NCBI GenBank assembly: GCA_044222185.1
Contig: JBGANV010000001.1
Location: 1,088,001-1,152,000, forward strand
Reading direction: 5' to 3'
Length of the DNA: 64,000 bases
Source of the DNA: Planctomycetota bacterium
Lineage (GTDB): Bacteria > Planctomycetota > GCA-002687715 > CAIWVZ01
Shown here: piece after piece, positions 17,402-24,990 of the stretch
How the letters are laid out: each line of letters starts with the position of its first letter
Position numbering within the stretch: position 1 is the stretch's first letter
Program-made: the position numbers and the translations under genes
The notes under the pieces: model-generated
What the model was told of the DNA's origin: nothing
Database searches by the model: none
The model's input: only the letters and a program-made list of their open reading frames with translations

Positions 17402-17885
17402 GCCTGGGTGTCCACGTTGAGAAAGGTGGAGCCATCCCCGCACCGTGCGGTGACGCGCGCCATGAACACCCAGGCCGAAATAGGCCGACCGCGAGTCTTC
17501 GTCGACGCACCGGTCCAGCCGGTTGTCCGCAACATGCGGAAACCGCTCGCGGTCGATGACGACGGCGGGATTCGAACCCGCCTCGTGCTCACTGCACGCG
17601 GTGACAGGAGCGACCCGTCTCCGGCGGCCGTCCTTTGCCGCTTCGTCGTCGAATGGCCGGGCTTCCACCGACCGCAGCGATTTCTCCTCGCCTCTGCGCA
17701 CGCGCCGATGCGATCTCCATGGCATCACGCGATAGCTGTGCGCTTTCATCGGATCGGCGGCGTCGTCCGCCATGGCGTAACCCGCCGATTGAATAGTGCG
17801 GGTGAGGGTGATCCCCGCGTCGGCGCCCGACTTCCCGGAAGGATTCATCCGGGCATGCCACGCTCTTCCGGTCACTGACCGGCAA
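17402..17885 (-). ncRNA. Candidate structured non-coding RNA region (tandem multibranch folds)
   Basis: No credible CDS; three tRNA-sized units closed by 6-10 bp stems, plus many short hairpins. Confidence 0.5.
17557..17632 (-). tRNA. Degenerate tRNA-like element (no readable anticodon)
   Basis: Acceptor GACGGC/GTCGTC, D-like GGAG/CTCC, perfect T-arm GCGGG-TTCGAAT-CCCGC; anticodon arm TCAC/GTGA with a non-canonical 8-nt loop; no CCA. Confidence 0.55.
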
Positions 17886-17919
17886 CCTTCAATGGTGTTT
17901 GATCCAACCAACGATCCCG

Positions 17920-18453
17920 TCACCGTGCCGGCTCCGTCGTCGCGATACTTGGATTCGTGGCGCTGACCTTGAGCAGCGTGTCGCGCACCTTCTCGATTGT
18001 GCCGCCAGCGATCGACTTGATTGGGTTGGCAGTCCAGTCCCGCTCAACAAACTGGGCGACCGTCATCACGCCGGCGTCTGCAAGGATTCTTGCCCGCGCC
18101 GGCCCGACGATGCAGTCCAACGCCAGCTGCATCACGTCCCCACCAACCGCCTGGAGCCTTGGCCGCAGTCTCTCGATCAGCGCGGATGTCCTCTCCTCTT
18201 CGCGCTCCCTCCAGAACGCATTGATCTTCTCTCGCTCCTTCCGATCCCTCTCTTCGATCTGCTCGGAGAAGCCGACCTTCATCAGATCTCGAATTTCGGT
18301 GAGGACATATCGGGTGCTCCGCATCTCCTCAAAGACGTTCTCCAGCAGGCCGACGGTGATCATCTGTAGGAACCTCGGATCGCCAGAGGTGATGCGCCCA
18401 CCACCCCAGCCGAAGCATCCGTGTTTCCATTTGACGAACTCGGATTCCGTCAT
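17920..18453 (-). CDS. Hypothetical phage protein
   Basis: 177 aa, coupled start; C-terminus RARILADAGVMTV...IKSIAGGTIEKV is reminiscent of HhH/alpha-CTD folds. Confidence 0.6.
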   Translation of the reverse strand: MTESEFVKWKHGCFGWGGGRITSGDPRFLQMITVGLLENVFEEMRSTRYVLTEIRDLMKVGFSEQIEERDRKEREKINAFWREREEERTSALIERLRPRLQAVGGDVMQLALDCIVGPARARILADAGVMTVAQFVERDWTANPIKSIAGGTIEKVRDTLLKVSATNPSIATTEPAR

Positions 18454-18620
18454 TTCGCGCTCCCGAACAGTTCCTGCTGCCCATCCATCGTCAGCTCGGC
18501 GTCGACCTCGCGCTCCAGACGCTTCGCCTCGTCGAGCGCAGTCCGGTCCTTCTTGTCGAACCAGCGCTTCTGTGCGTCGCGCAGGCGCTTCACGAGGTCT
18601 CGGAATTCGGCGGTGGTCAT
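18450..18620 (-). CDS. Small helical phage protein ending in QQELF
   Basis: MTTAEFRDLVKRLRDAQKRWF... 56 aa with ATGA overlaps at both ends. Confidence 0.7.
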   Translation of the reverse strand: MTTAEFRDLVKRLRDAQKRWFDKKDRTALDEAKRLEREVDAELTMDGQQELFGSAK

Positions 18621-19018
18621 GCCTGGACCTCGACTTCGAACAGCCCCTGCGCGCCGCGGCACGGGATCGGGGTCGTCAGTGCGCGCGCATTGAACAGGAC
18701 CCACGCAAACCGACCCGCCGAGAAGTCGCCGAAGATCAACTCTCGCCCCGACCAGCACTCAGACTCGACCGGAACGCACCGGTCGATCGTCGCGACCGCA
18801 ACGATGGCGCCGTGAGCCATCGGCGGAAAATCGGCCACCGACTTGAGGATCCTCGCCTCACGAAGCAGCTCGCCGAACATTCCATCGTCGTCCGTCGTCT
18901 TGGACGCGTGGATAGCGATCGGGCCGCGGTACGAGGTCGACCAGCTCCGCGTCTCCACCTTCTTGAGGCCGCACGCAATGAGGTGAGCCCACGGCTGCCA
19001 AATCGAGATGGCTTTCAT
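18617..19018 (-). CDS. ASCH-domain protein
   Basis: MKAISIWQPWAHLIACGLKKVETRSWSTSYRGPIAIHAS, PIPCRGAQGLF. Confidence 0.92.
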   Translation of the reverse strand: MKAISIWQPWAHLIACGLKKVETRSWSTSYRGPIAIHASKTTDDDGMFGELLREARILKSVADFPPMAHGAIVAVATIDRCVPVESECWSGRELIFGDFSAGRFAWVLFNARALTTPIPCRGAQGLFEVEVQA

Positions 19019-19230
19019 CGTGGTGTTCCGTTTGCGAACCGCTCGGGCAGCGGCACTCCGAGCACGTGGTTCCGGAAGCGAGCCTCGACCTCCGCGTCAG
19101 ACGTCGTCTTCTTGACGCACGCATAGCACATGATCGCGCCGCCGCGCCCGTATGGGCGCAGCTCCTTGATCTCTCCGCAGCCATCGCACTGCTGCGGTCC
19201 CTCGGTGGCCACGAACCCTCGCCCGCTCAC
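19015..19230 (-). CDS. Small zinc-finger protein
   Basis: CDGC...ELRPYG...CYAC; coupled GTG start. Confidence 0.65.
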   Translation of the reverse strand: MSGRGFVATEGPQQCDGCGEIKELRPYGRGGAIMCYACVKKTTSDAEVEARFRNHVLGVPLPERFANGTPR

Positions 19231-19820
19231 GCGACGACTCCGACCATCATCGCCTCGCAGATGAGCGCGCACGTCCTCACGTCCGCGAGCGCATCATGCG
19301 CCTGCCCCATCGTCGCGACGCCGAAGTACCTCGCGAGCGTCTCCAGCTGGAAGTTGGCCGGCAGTGCGATCCCGCGCTCGGTGAACCACCAGATCGATCG
19401 CTGGTAGGTGTCGAGCGGGTACCACCAGCACCCAGGCCAGAAGGCGCCGTTCAGCGCCTTGTCCATCATCGTGCGCAGACGTGGACCGTCGAAGCTCGCG
19501 AAGTTGTGACCCGCAAGGCGACACGCGATGTATGGGTTGCCGCGCTTCGAGACGAGCTGCATCCGCGCGTGCCGCTTCAGGAAGACCTGGAACTCGAGGG
19601 CGACGTCTCCCTCTGGCTTCGCGTCCTTCCACCTCTCCGCCGTGTACCCGTTGAGCTTCAATGCCTCGGGGTCGCAGGCCTGCGGCGCGAACTGGATCTT
19701 CCGCTCGAACGCGTCGACCTCCTGCCAGTTCTCGACCGCGATAGCGGCGATCTGGATGTTCGGATGGCGGTCCTCGACCCCGCCGGTCTCGAAGTCCACG
19801 AAGACGGTTCGGTCCTTCAC
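19227..19820 (-). CDS. DEDDh 3'-5' exonuclease (DnaQ-like)
   Basis: VFVDFETGG, AGHNFASFD, AHDALADV. Confidence 0.92.
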   Translation of the reverse strand: MKDRTVFVDFETGGVEDRHPNIQIAAIAVENWQEVDAFERKIQFAPQACDPEALKLNGYTAERWKDAKPEGDVALEFQVFLKRHARMQLVSKRGNPYIACRLAGHNFASFDGPRLRTMMDKALNGAFWPGCWWYPLDTYQRSIWWFTERGIALPANFQLETLARYFGVATMGQAHDALADVRTCALICEAMMVGVVA

Positions 19821-19969
19821 TTCTTCGCTCGCTTCCTCGGGTGGCTTCGCGCCGCCCGCTTGCGTCGACCGTTCGCCTCTCGGACGAAATTGAACGAGGT
19901 TCCCGATTTCTCCTTGCGGAGCATCGACTCGATCGCGACTGGGTCTGACTTGATGAACTGCCCGCTCAC
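19817..19969 (-). CDS. Small basic hypothetical protein
   Basis: 50 aa, GTGA overlaps at both ends. Confidence 0.5.
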   Translation of the reverse strand: MSGQFIKSDPVAIESMLRKEKSGTSFNFVREANGRRKRAARSHPRKRAKK

Positions 19970-20061
19970 TTCTCGTCCCTCACGATGAACTCCCCGCGGC
20001 ACTCAAGGCGCGCGCGGATGATCTCGATGATCAGCGCCGCTTCTGGGTCCGGCTCGCTCAC
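19966..20061 (-). CDS. 31-aa ORF MSEPDPEAALIIEIIRARLECRGEFIVRDEK
   Basis: Not in the ORF track; exactly bridges the gap with GTGA overlaps on both sides. Confidence 0.5.
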   Translation of the reverse strand: MSEPDPEAALIIEIIRARLECRGEFIVRDEK

Positions 20062-20540
20062 GACGCCTTGCGCGGCTTCGCCTCACGCGGCGCGCGCGGC
20101 TTGCGTGGCTTTCGCGCCTTCTTCGTCGTCGTTGCGGCCGGGAGCAGTTTCACGTCACCGGGTTCGCCCGATGCGGGAAGCTGAACGGTGTCCATTCCGC
20201 TCGGGAGCGCGTCGACGACCTTCGGCCGCCGCTCGCGTTGCTTCTCCTTCGCCATCGCCGCAGCCTCTTCCTTGAAGAGGGGGACGTCCTTGGGGTCCGG
20301 AACGCGGTCGGCGTGCAGGCGCTCCGTCATGCACGCGGTGATGTCCTCGCGAAGCCCTGTCTGGACCTCCTTGCCGACATCGACGATCGACTTGTGGGGC
20401 GCGATCTCCTCCTCAATCAGGGCGATCGTGTGTTCCCGGTCGATCACCTCCTCGTCGGTCTTTGGAGTCCCAGGCGGGATCTGCACGACGAGCCGGCCGA
20501 TGGTCACCTGCATTCCTCGGGTTTTGCCGTACTTGCTCAC
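20058..20540 (-). CDS. Hypothetical phage protein with basic tail
   Basis: 160 aa, translationally coupled. Confidence 0.65.
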   Translation of the reverse strand: MSKYGKTRGMQVTIGRLVVQIPPGTPKTDEEVIDREHTIALIEEEIAPHKSIVDVGKEVQTGLREDITACMTERLHADRVPDPKDVPLFKEEAAAMAKEKQRERRPKVVDALPSGMDTVQLPASGEPGDVKLLPAATTTKKARKPRKPRAPREAKPRKAS

Positions 20541-21700
20541 GTGGTCACCTCTGCTTCCTTCAGCTTGTGCTCGCGAACCGACGTCGAACGCTTCTTCGTG
20601 GTCCCGTTCAGGGACTCGATCTCGCCCAGGACCTCCCGCTCGAGCTGGGAGATCTTCGCGCCGGTGTTCTGCGCGACGGCGCGCATGGCGCGGTTGATCG
20701 ATGCCTTCGACACGTCGAAGGTCACCGCCTTGTCGGCGATCTCATCGCCGAACTTCTTGCGGATGACGTGAAACGCCACTCCGCCATCGATGATCGTGGT
20801 CTCGCGCTCGCAGGGGCCGAGGCACGAACCGTGGCCGAGGTCGATCGGGGTCGACAGCGCGTACGTGCGCAGCGCCTCGTCGATGCGGTCGGTCGCCATC
20901 TTCAGAGCCTTCAGCGCATGCCATGCGCGCGCGGCCGTCTCGGGCGTCAGCTGGCCGGCGACGATCTCGACCGCATCCCCTGGCTTCTCCGCCAGGGCGC
21001 GCACGAGGTTCGTCTGGGCCGGGCACCACGCGAACGCCGGGCAGTAGCGGCAGTGCGCTCCCGTCGTGAGCTGCTTCGCGCCAGTCCCGATCTTCCCGAG
21101 CAGCTCGGCGAGCTCGCCGGCGAACATGTCGAGGTCGAACGCCTCGATCGTCTCCTGGTCCGCCCAGACCGTTCCGTCGTCCTTGATTCGGACGATCGCG
21201 ATGTGGGCCCGGGAACGGCCGTACGCGAGGCACGCGCAGAGCGCGTAGAAGCGCAGCTGCCAGTTGCGTCGCACAGGGGCGATGTCCGCCCAGCCCGTCT
21301 TGTAGTCGGCGATGACAACCGAATCGACCGTCAGGCCGACCACGTCGGCAGTCCCTGGGATCTCGCCCGGGGCGAGCGTGGCGTAGGCCTCCCGCCGGCT
21401 GAGGCCGCGCCCGATCTCACGGGCCGTGCCAGCAGCCGGGTCGTACGCGAACGCGACCTCCGCGGCGTAGGCGCCAGGGTCGCACGCGGGCAGGCGCCCG
21501 ACGTCGATCGCGGCGCAGGCCGGGCGGTGCTCCGAAGGCACTCGGGCGAGGGCCTCGTCGCGGCCGGCGCTGGTCACGTCCGCGAGGAACGCGTGAACCG
21601 CGGACCCGCGCTCGGAGTACTCCCCGATCGAATCCGCCTGGGGCATCGACACCGACGCCGGGCAGACCGAGATCCGCTGAAGGGATGAGGCGGAAATCAC
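20537..21700 (-). CDS. PD-(D/E)XK Cas4-like exonuclease (DUF2800-like, Fe-S cysteines)
   Basis: SASSLQRISVCPAS, GSAVH, GTADVV...IADYKTG, QLRFYA, HCRYCPAFAWCP. Confidence 0.88.
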   Translation of the reverse strand: MISASSLQRISVCPASVSMPQADSIGEYSERGSAVHAFLADVTSAGRDEALARVPSEHRPACAAIDVGRLPACDPGAYAAEVAFAYDPAAGTAREIGRGLSRREAYATLAPGEIPGTADVVGLTVDSVVIADYKTGWADIAPVRRNWQLRFYALCACLAYGRSRAHIAIVRIKDDGTVWADQETIEAFDLDMFAGELAELLGKIGTGAKQLTTGAHCRYCPAFAWCPAQTNLVRALAEKPGDAVEIVAGQLTPETAARAWHALKALKMATDRIDEALRTYALSTPIDLGHGSCLGPCERETTIIDGGVAFHVIRKKFGDEIADKAVTFDVSKASINRAMRAVAQNTGAKISQLEREVLGEIESLNGTTKKRSTSVREHKLKEAEVTT

Positions 21701-22728
21701 TTCGCACCGCCCTTCAGTGCGGTCTTCTTCTCCATGTAGGCGCGGCTGGCGTCGGCCTTGAGCGCATCCGGCAGCTTCGCAGCTTCGGCGGCCGCGGCCT
21801 TCAGGTCGCCGTCCGTCTTCGCCGCGGCGATCAGATCGAGGACTCGGCGAAGTTCAGGCGGGGTGCCGTCATCCTCGGGCTGGCTCGCTTCGGCGGCAAA
21901 GTCGGTGTGCTCGTCGATCGTCTGCGCCGGGGCCGGTGATGCCGCGGTTGCGGACTGGATGTCGGCGGCGACCATCGACGGCGGCGGCATATCGCCCACG
22001 TCACCGGAGGCATCCACATCGATGACGCGCTCCATCGCGGGTGTCGTCTTGAGCCACTTGTAGAGCGCGCGAACGGCCGTCTTGCAGCACATCTCGGCCG
22101 AGCTGGTGTTCCACGGGTTGTCGTCGCGTTCGTTGAACGTGTGCTGTGGACGCTTGGCGTGGATCTCGTCGACGCTGAGGTATCGGAACACCGGACGCCC
22201 CGTCACCGGGTGCGCGACGGCGTAGGCGCCAACGATCTCGCCGCGCGAACCCATCGCCGGGATGTGCCGCAGCGACGACTCCGTCCCGAGGCGGATCTGG
22301 AAGTCGTCGGCAGCGTGAACGCAGTGCGCCTCGATCCCGCTGTAGAACCCGGAATCGAGGGCGATGTCGATCAGCCCCTTGTAGTCCGGGATCAGCGTCA
22401 CCTTTCCCTTGAACGGGACCAAGTGCGCGCGTCCGCCGGGACCACCTGTGCAGGACAGCCCGAGCTCCGCACAGTTCATGACGGCCGCGTAGAGCGTGGT
22501 GCGGTCGCAGTTGAGCAGGTCTGGATTGCGAACGCACGCCATCACCACCATGCGCGCGAACCGCTTCGGATCCCCAAGCTTCGGCGGAAGCAGTGAAGCG
22601 ATCTGCGTCAACTTCGCGGAGAGTTCCTGTTCGAGCTGCCGGACCTGAACGGAACGCTGTTCGTCTGGCTTCACCACTGCCGAGCCGGTGGACCTGTTCG
22701 CGAACGGACGTGTTGCTGGTGCGTTCAT
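21697..22728 (-). CDS. recT: RecT-family single-strand annealing protein
   Basis: NPDLLNCDRTTLYAAVMNCAELGL, AHLVPFKG...DYKGLIDIA, PW...EMCCKTAVRALYKWL. Confidence 0.92.
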   Translation of the reverse strand: MNAPATRPFANRSTGSAVVKPDEQRSVQVRQLEQELSAKLTQIASLLPPKLGDPKRFARMVVMACVRNPDLLNCDRTTLYAAVMNCAELGLSCTGGPGGRAHLVPFKGKVTLIPDYKGLIDIALDSGFYSGIEAHCVHAADDFQIRLGTESSLRHIPAMGSRGEIVGAYAVAHPVTGRPVFRYLSVDEIHAKRPQHTFNERDDNPWNTSSAEMCCKTAVRALYKWLKTTPAMERVIDVDASGDVGDMPPPSMVAADIQSATAASPAPAQTIDEHTDFAAEASQPEDDGTPPELRRVLDLIAAAKTDGDLKAAAAEAAKLPDALKADASRAYMEKKTALKGGAK

Positions 22729-23447
22729 CGCGCTCTCTTTTCTGCGACGCTCTGCGTCGGGAAGAATCGGACGCCGTCCGGCGCCGATGCCCCGGATTTC
22801 CCGAGGCGGGCCATCTGGTTGAGCTTCGTCATGTCCGCCTGGACAAGGACGATCGTCGGGTGCGCGATCTGCCACCGGCAGAGCGCCAGGATGTCGGTCA
22901 GCTCGGCGGACCACGTCTCGCGAAGCTGGATCGGAGCCGCCTTCGGAACCACCGGCGGCGGGACGTAGCGAGCGACCTCGACGCGAGGAGCCTCGATCAC
23001 GATCGGCTCCGCGCGGACCGCGTCGGCCTCCATGGCCTGGCCTGCGTCCTCGAGCATCGCGGCCGTCGCCGCCTGCTCCTCGCGAGCCTTCTGTTCTGCG
23101 GCTTCGCGCTCTGCCCGTGCGCGGGCTTCAGCCTCTCGCTGGAGGCGGGCCTGCTCCTCGCGGGCCTTCCTGGCCTGCTCCCGCTGGTAGTCCTTGATCT
23201 GCTCGTCGATCGTCTCAACGATCGCCTGAAGCGGATCGAGGTAGCTGCGCTCCTGCGCGAGAGTCTGCCGCTTCGCCTCGTCCTGCGCCTGCTTGATCGG
23301 CTTGAACGTCTCCGTGACCTGCCGGATCAGCGCCTTCGCTTCGCTCCGAATGTTCGCGGCGGCCGTCAGCGAGGCGTCGTCGGTCACGACGATCGAGCCG
23401 GCTCGCTCGCGCAGGGTCGTCTGCTGTGTCGCGAGCTCGGTGGTCAT
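22725..23447 (-). CDS. Coiled-coil phage protein
   Basis: MTTELATQ..., long EAR-rich helix, C-terminal RETW...PDGVRFF. Confidence 0.7.
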   Translation of the reverse strand: MTTELATQQTTLRERAGSIVVTDDASLTAAANIRSEAKALIRQVTETFKPIKQAQDEAKRQTLAQERSYLDPLQAIVETIDEQIKDYQREQARKAREEQARLQREAEARARAEREAAEQKAREEQAATAAMLEDAGQAMEADAVRAEPIVIEAPRVEVARYVPPPVVPKAAPIQLRETWSAELTDILALCRWQIAHPTIVLVQADMTKLNQMARLGKSGASAPDGVRFFPTQSVAEKRAR

Positions 23448-23572
23448 GGCTTCCACGGGGCCCGCTTTCGCGCGTACGCATCGGCGAAGAACCGCAGGAT
23501 GAAGCGGCCCGTGAGGTAGAGGCTGATGAAGATGAGGCCGCAGGCGGCCAGGGGTTGGGCAGCAGGGGACAT
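23444..23572 (-). CDS. 42-aa single-TM peptide
   Basis: MSPAAQPLAACGLIFISLYLTGRFILRFFADAYARKRAPWKP; overlapping start/stop at both ends. Confidence 0.55.
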   Translation of the reverse strand: MSPAAQPLAACGLIFISLYLTGRFILRFFADAYARKRAPWKP

Positions 23573-23934
23573 CACGCACCGCCCTTCATCGAGGCCAGCG
23601 CGCGTCGCGCGTCGTCATCCGCGATCACCCGCGCCCGGATCTCAGCCAGGAGCGCCGTCATCAGATCCGTGTGGCGATCCGCCCACTCGTTGAGCTTCGT
23701 TTCGGTCGTCGGCGCCGTCACCGCCGAGACCACGAGCATGTGGCGAGCCTCCGCGATCCGCACATCCGCGCGAGCCTGCCGCTCGCGGGCCGATGTCAGT
23801 CGGTCAAACGCCGGCGGCACGATGTCCGGCGCCCGCTCCAGCATCCCGCTCGGGCGGTCGTAGGCGCGGTCCAGCGCCAGCTCCTGGTAGCCGGGCGGCG
23901 CGTCGAAGTTGATCGGCGGACGTTCTGGTGTCAT
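23572..23934 (-). CDS. Hypothetical phage protein
   Basis: 120 aa, AAGGAG RBS. Confidence 0.65.
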   Translation of the reverse strand: MTPERPPINFDAPPGYQELALDRAYDRPSGMLERAPDIVPPAFDRLTSARERQARADVRIAEARHMLVVSAVTAPTTETKLNEWADRHTDLMTALLAEIRARVIADDDARRALASMKGGA

Positions 23935-23999
23935 CGTTGCGCTCCTTCATCTGCGCGCGTCGGTTTCCGTCGCTGGGGCCGGCGCGCGACTTTTTTGGG

Positions 24000-24467
24000 T
24001 CAATTCGTCGCCGCCTCGCGCGCCCTTGGCCGGTACTGAAAACCACGCTCCCGCCGGATTCGCGCGTACCGGTTGCGCTCCCACCGAGCGCGGCACGTCT
24101 TGCACTGGCGGAAACCCCGGCTGTTGATCTGCGTGTTGCCGCGCGTGAACTCGTGTCCGTGGGCGCAGTGGGTCTGGGCCGAGGCGCTCGTGGTAGGGCT
24201 CAGTCCGCGGCGGACGTTCTCGGTTGCCGAGACCAGCTCCATGTGCGCGACGTTCACGCAGCCCCGCTGACGGCAGAGGTGGTCAACCGTCATTCCCGCA
24301 GGAATCGAGCCGCGAAGATGCTCCCAGGCGACGCGGTGAACGAGCCTGGACCGACCGCAGCCGACACCGATCGTCCCGTAGCCCTTGGACTGCTTCGCGC
24401 CTGTGAAGAGGATGCAGCCGTCGGGGCCCGCCTCAGTCTTCGCCATCATCCGGTGGAAGGGGCTCAC
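24000..24467 (-). CDS. HNH endonuclease
   Basis: GCILFTGA...GYG...VHRVAW...DHLCRQRGCVNVAHME...EN, HCAHGHEFTRGNT, CKTC. Confidence 0.9.
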   Translation of the reverse strand: MSPFHRMMAKTEAGPDGCILFTGAKQSKGYGTIGVGCGRSRLVHRVAWEHLRGSIPAGMTVDHLCRQRGCVNVAHMELVSATENVRRGLSPTTSASAQTHCAHGHEFTRGNTQINSRGFRQCKTCRARWERNRYARIRRERGFQYRPRAREAATN

Positions 24468-24706
24468 GCTTCGAACTCCGCAGTCGCGATCAGTCCGTTG
24501 ATCAGCAGGTCGCGGAACTCGTCGCGCGTGATCCCGAGCGTGGTGCACAGCCGGTCGACGCTTCGCTTGCGAGGCCAGCAGCCGCGATGTGCGAGGCAGA
24601 CGTCGGCCGGCGGAACCTTCGCGGCGCGGGCGAGGTCAGCGTCGAACGTGAAGCCCTTGTCCAGGCGAACCTGGCGCAAGGTCGGAGCCTTGATGGATAC
24701 AGCCAT
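24464..24706 (-). CDS. Cro-like HTH protein
   Basis: 80 aa, LRQVRLDKGF...DLARAAKV...RLCTTLGI; first full-size gene of the early operon. Confidence 0.75.
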   Translation of the reverse strand: MAVSIKAPTLRQVRLDKGFTFDADLARAAKVPPADVCLAHRGCWPRKRSVDRLCTTLGITRDEFRDLLINGLIATAEFEA

Positions 24707-24719
24707 GGCGCGTCTCGGG

Positions 24720-24761
24720 AAAAAACGCGCCGCCCCGCAGCGAGCCGGGTGGGACGGCGCG
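24720..24761 (-). terminator. Intrinsic terminator in the early leader, upstream of the cro-like gene
   Basis: 11-bp stem CGCGCCGTCCC/GGGGCGGCGCG followed by T6. Confidence 0.75.
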
Positions 24762-24770
24762 CGGGATTGA

Positions 24771-24842
24771 TCAGTTCAGCCAGAAGCGGAGAGTGGGCCG
24801 AGACGGATCGGGTGCCCGAGACGGAATGTGGGCGGTGCGCAT
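24771..24842 (-). CDS. Putative 23-aa leader peptide MRTAHIPSRAPDPSRPTLRFWLN
   Basis: GGAG RBS; stop lies 9 nt before the terminator stem. Confidence 0.45.
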   Translation of the reverse strand: MRTAHIPSRAPDPSRPTLRFWLN

Positions 24843-24927
24843 GTTTCTTTCTCCGTCCGCGGCGATCGTTATCAGGCGACCATCGCGGCGTGTCGTGCGA
24901 GGGAAATCCTCGCTCACGACGGGGCGA

Positions 24928-24955
24928 ACAGTACAAGCGTGTTCGGGTCGGTCAA
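24928..24955 (-). promoter_or_regulatory. Sigma70-type early promoter
   Basis: TTGACC-16 nt-TACTGT with an upstream A-tract; overlapped by GAAC/GTTC half-sites. Confidence 0.6.
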
Positions 24956-24990
24956 GAACTTTTTTTGAACGAAACTGGCGCGACGTGCGT

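Noticed and set aside
17636-17790. Hammerhead or other self-cleaving ribozyme
   Set aside because: No CUGANGA...GAAA core found by eye on either strand.
17195-17923. 242-aa ORF spanning the structured RNA region, starting at a GTGA overlap
   Set aside because: Poor GC3 bias, no recognisable domain, runs through the tRNA-like element and overlaps a better ORF with an RBS; not fully excluded.
20537-21700. Cas4-like gene as a sign of CRISPR
   Set aside because: No repeat-spacer array or other cas genes seen; the context is a RecT recombination module.
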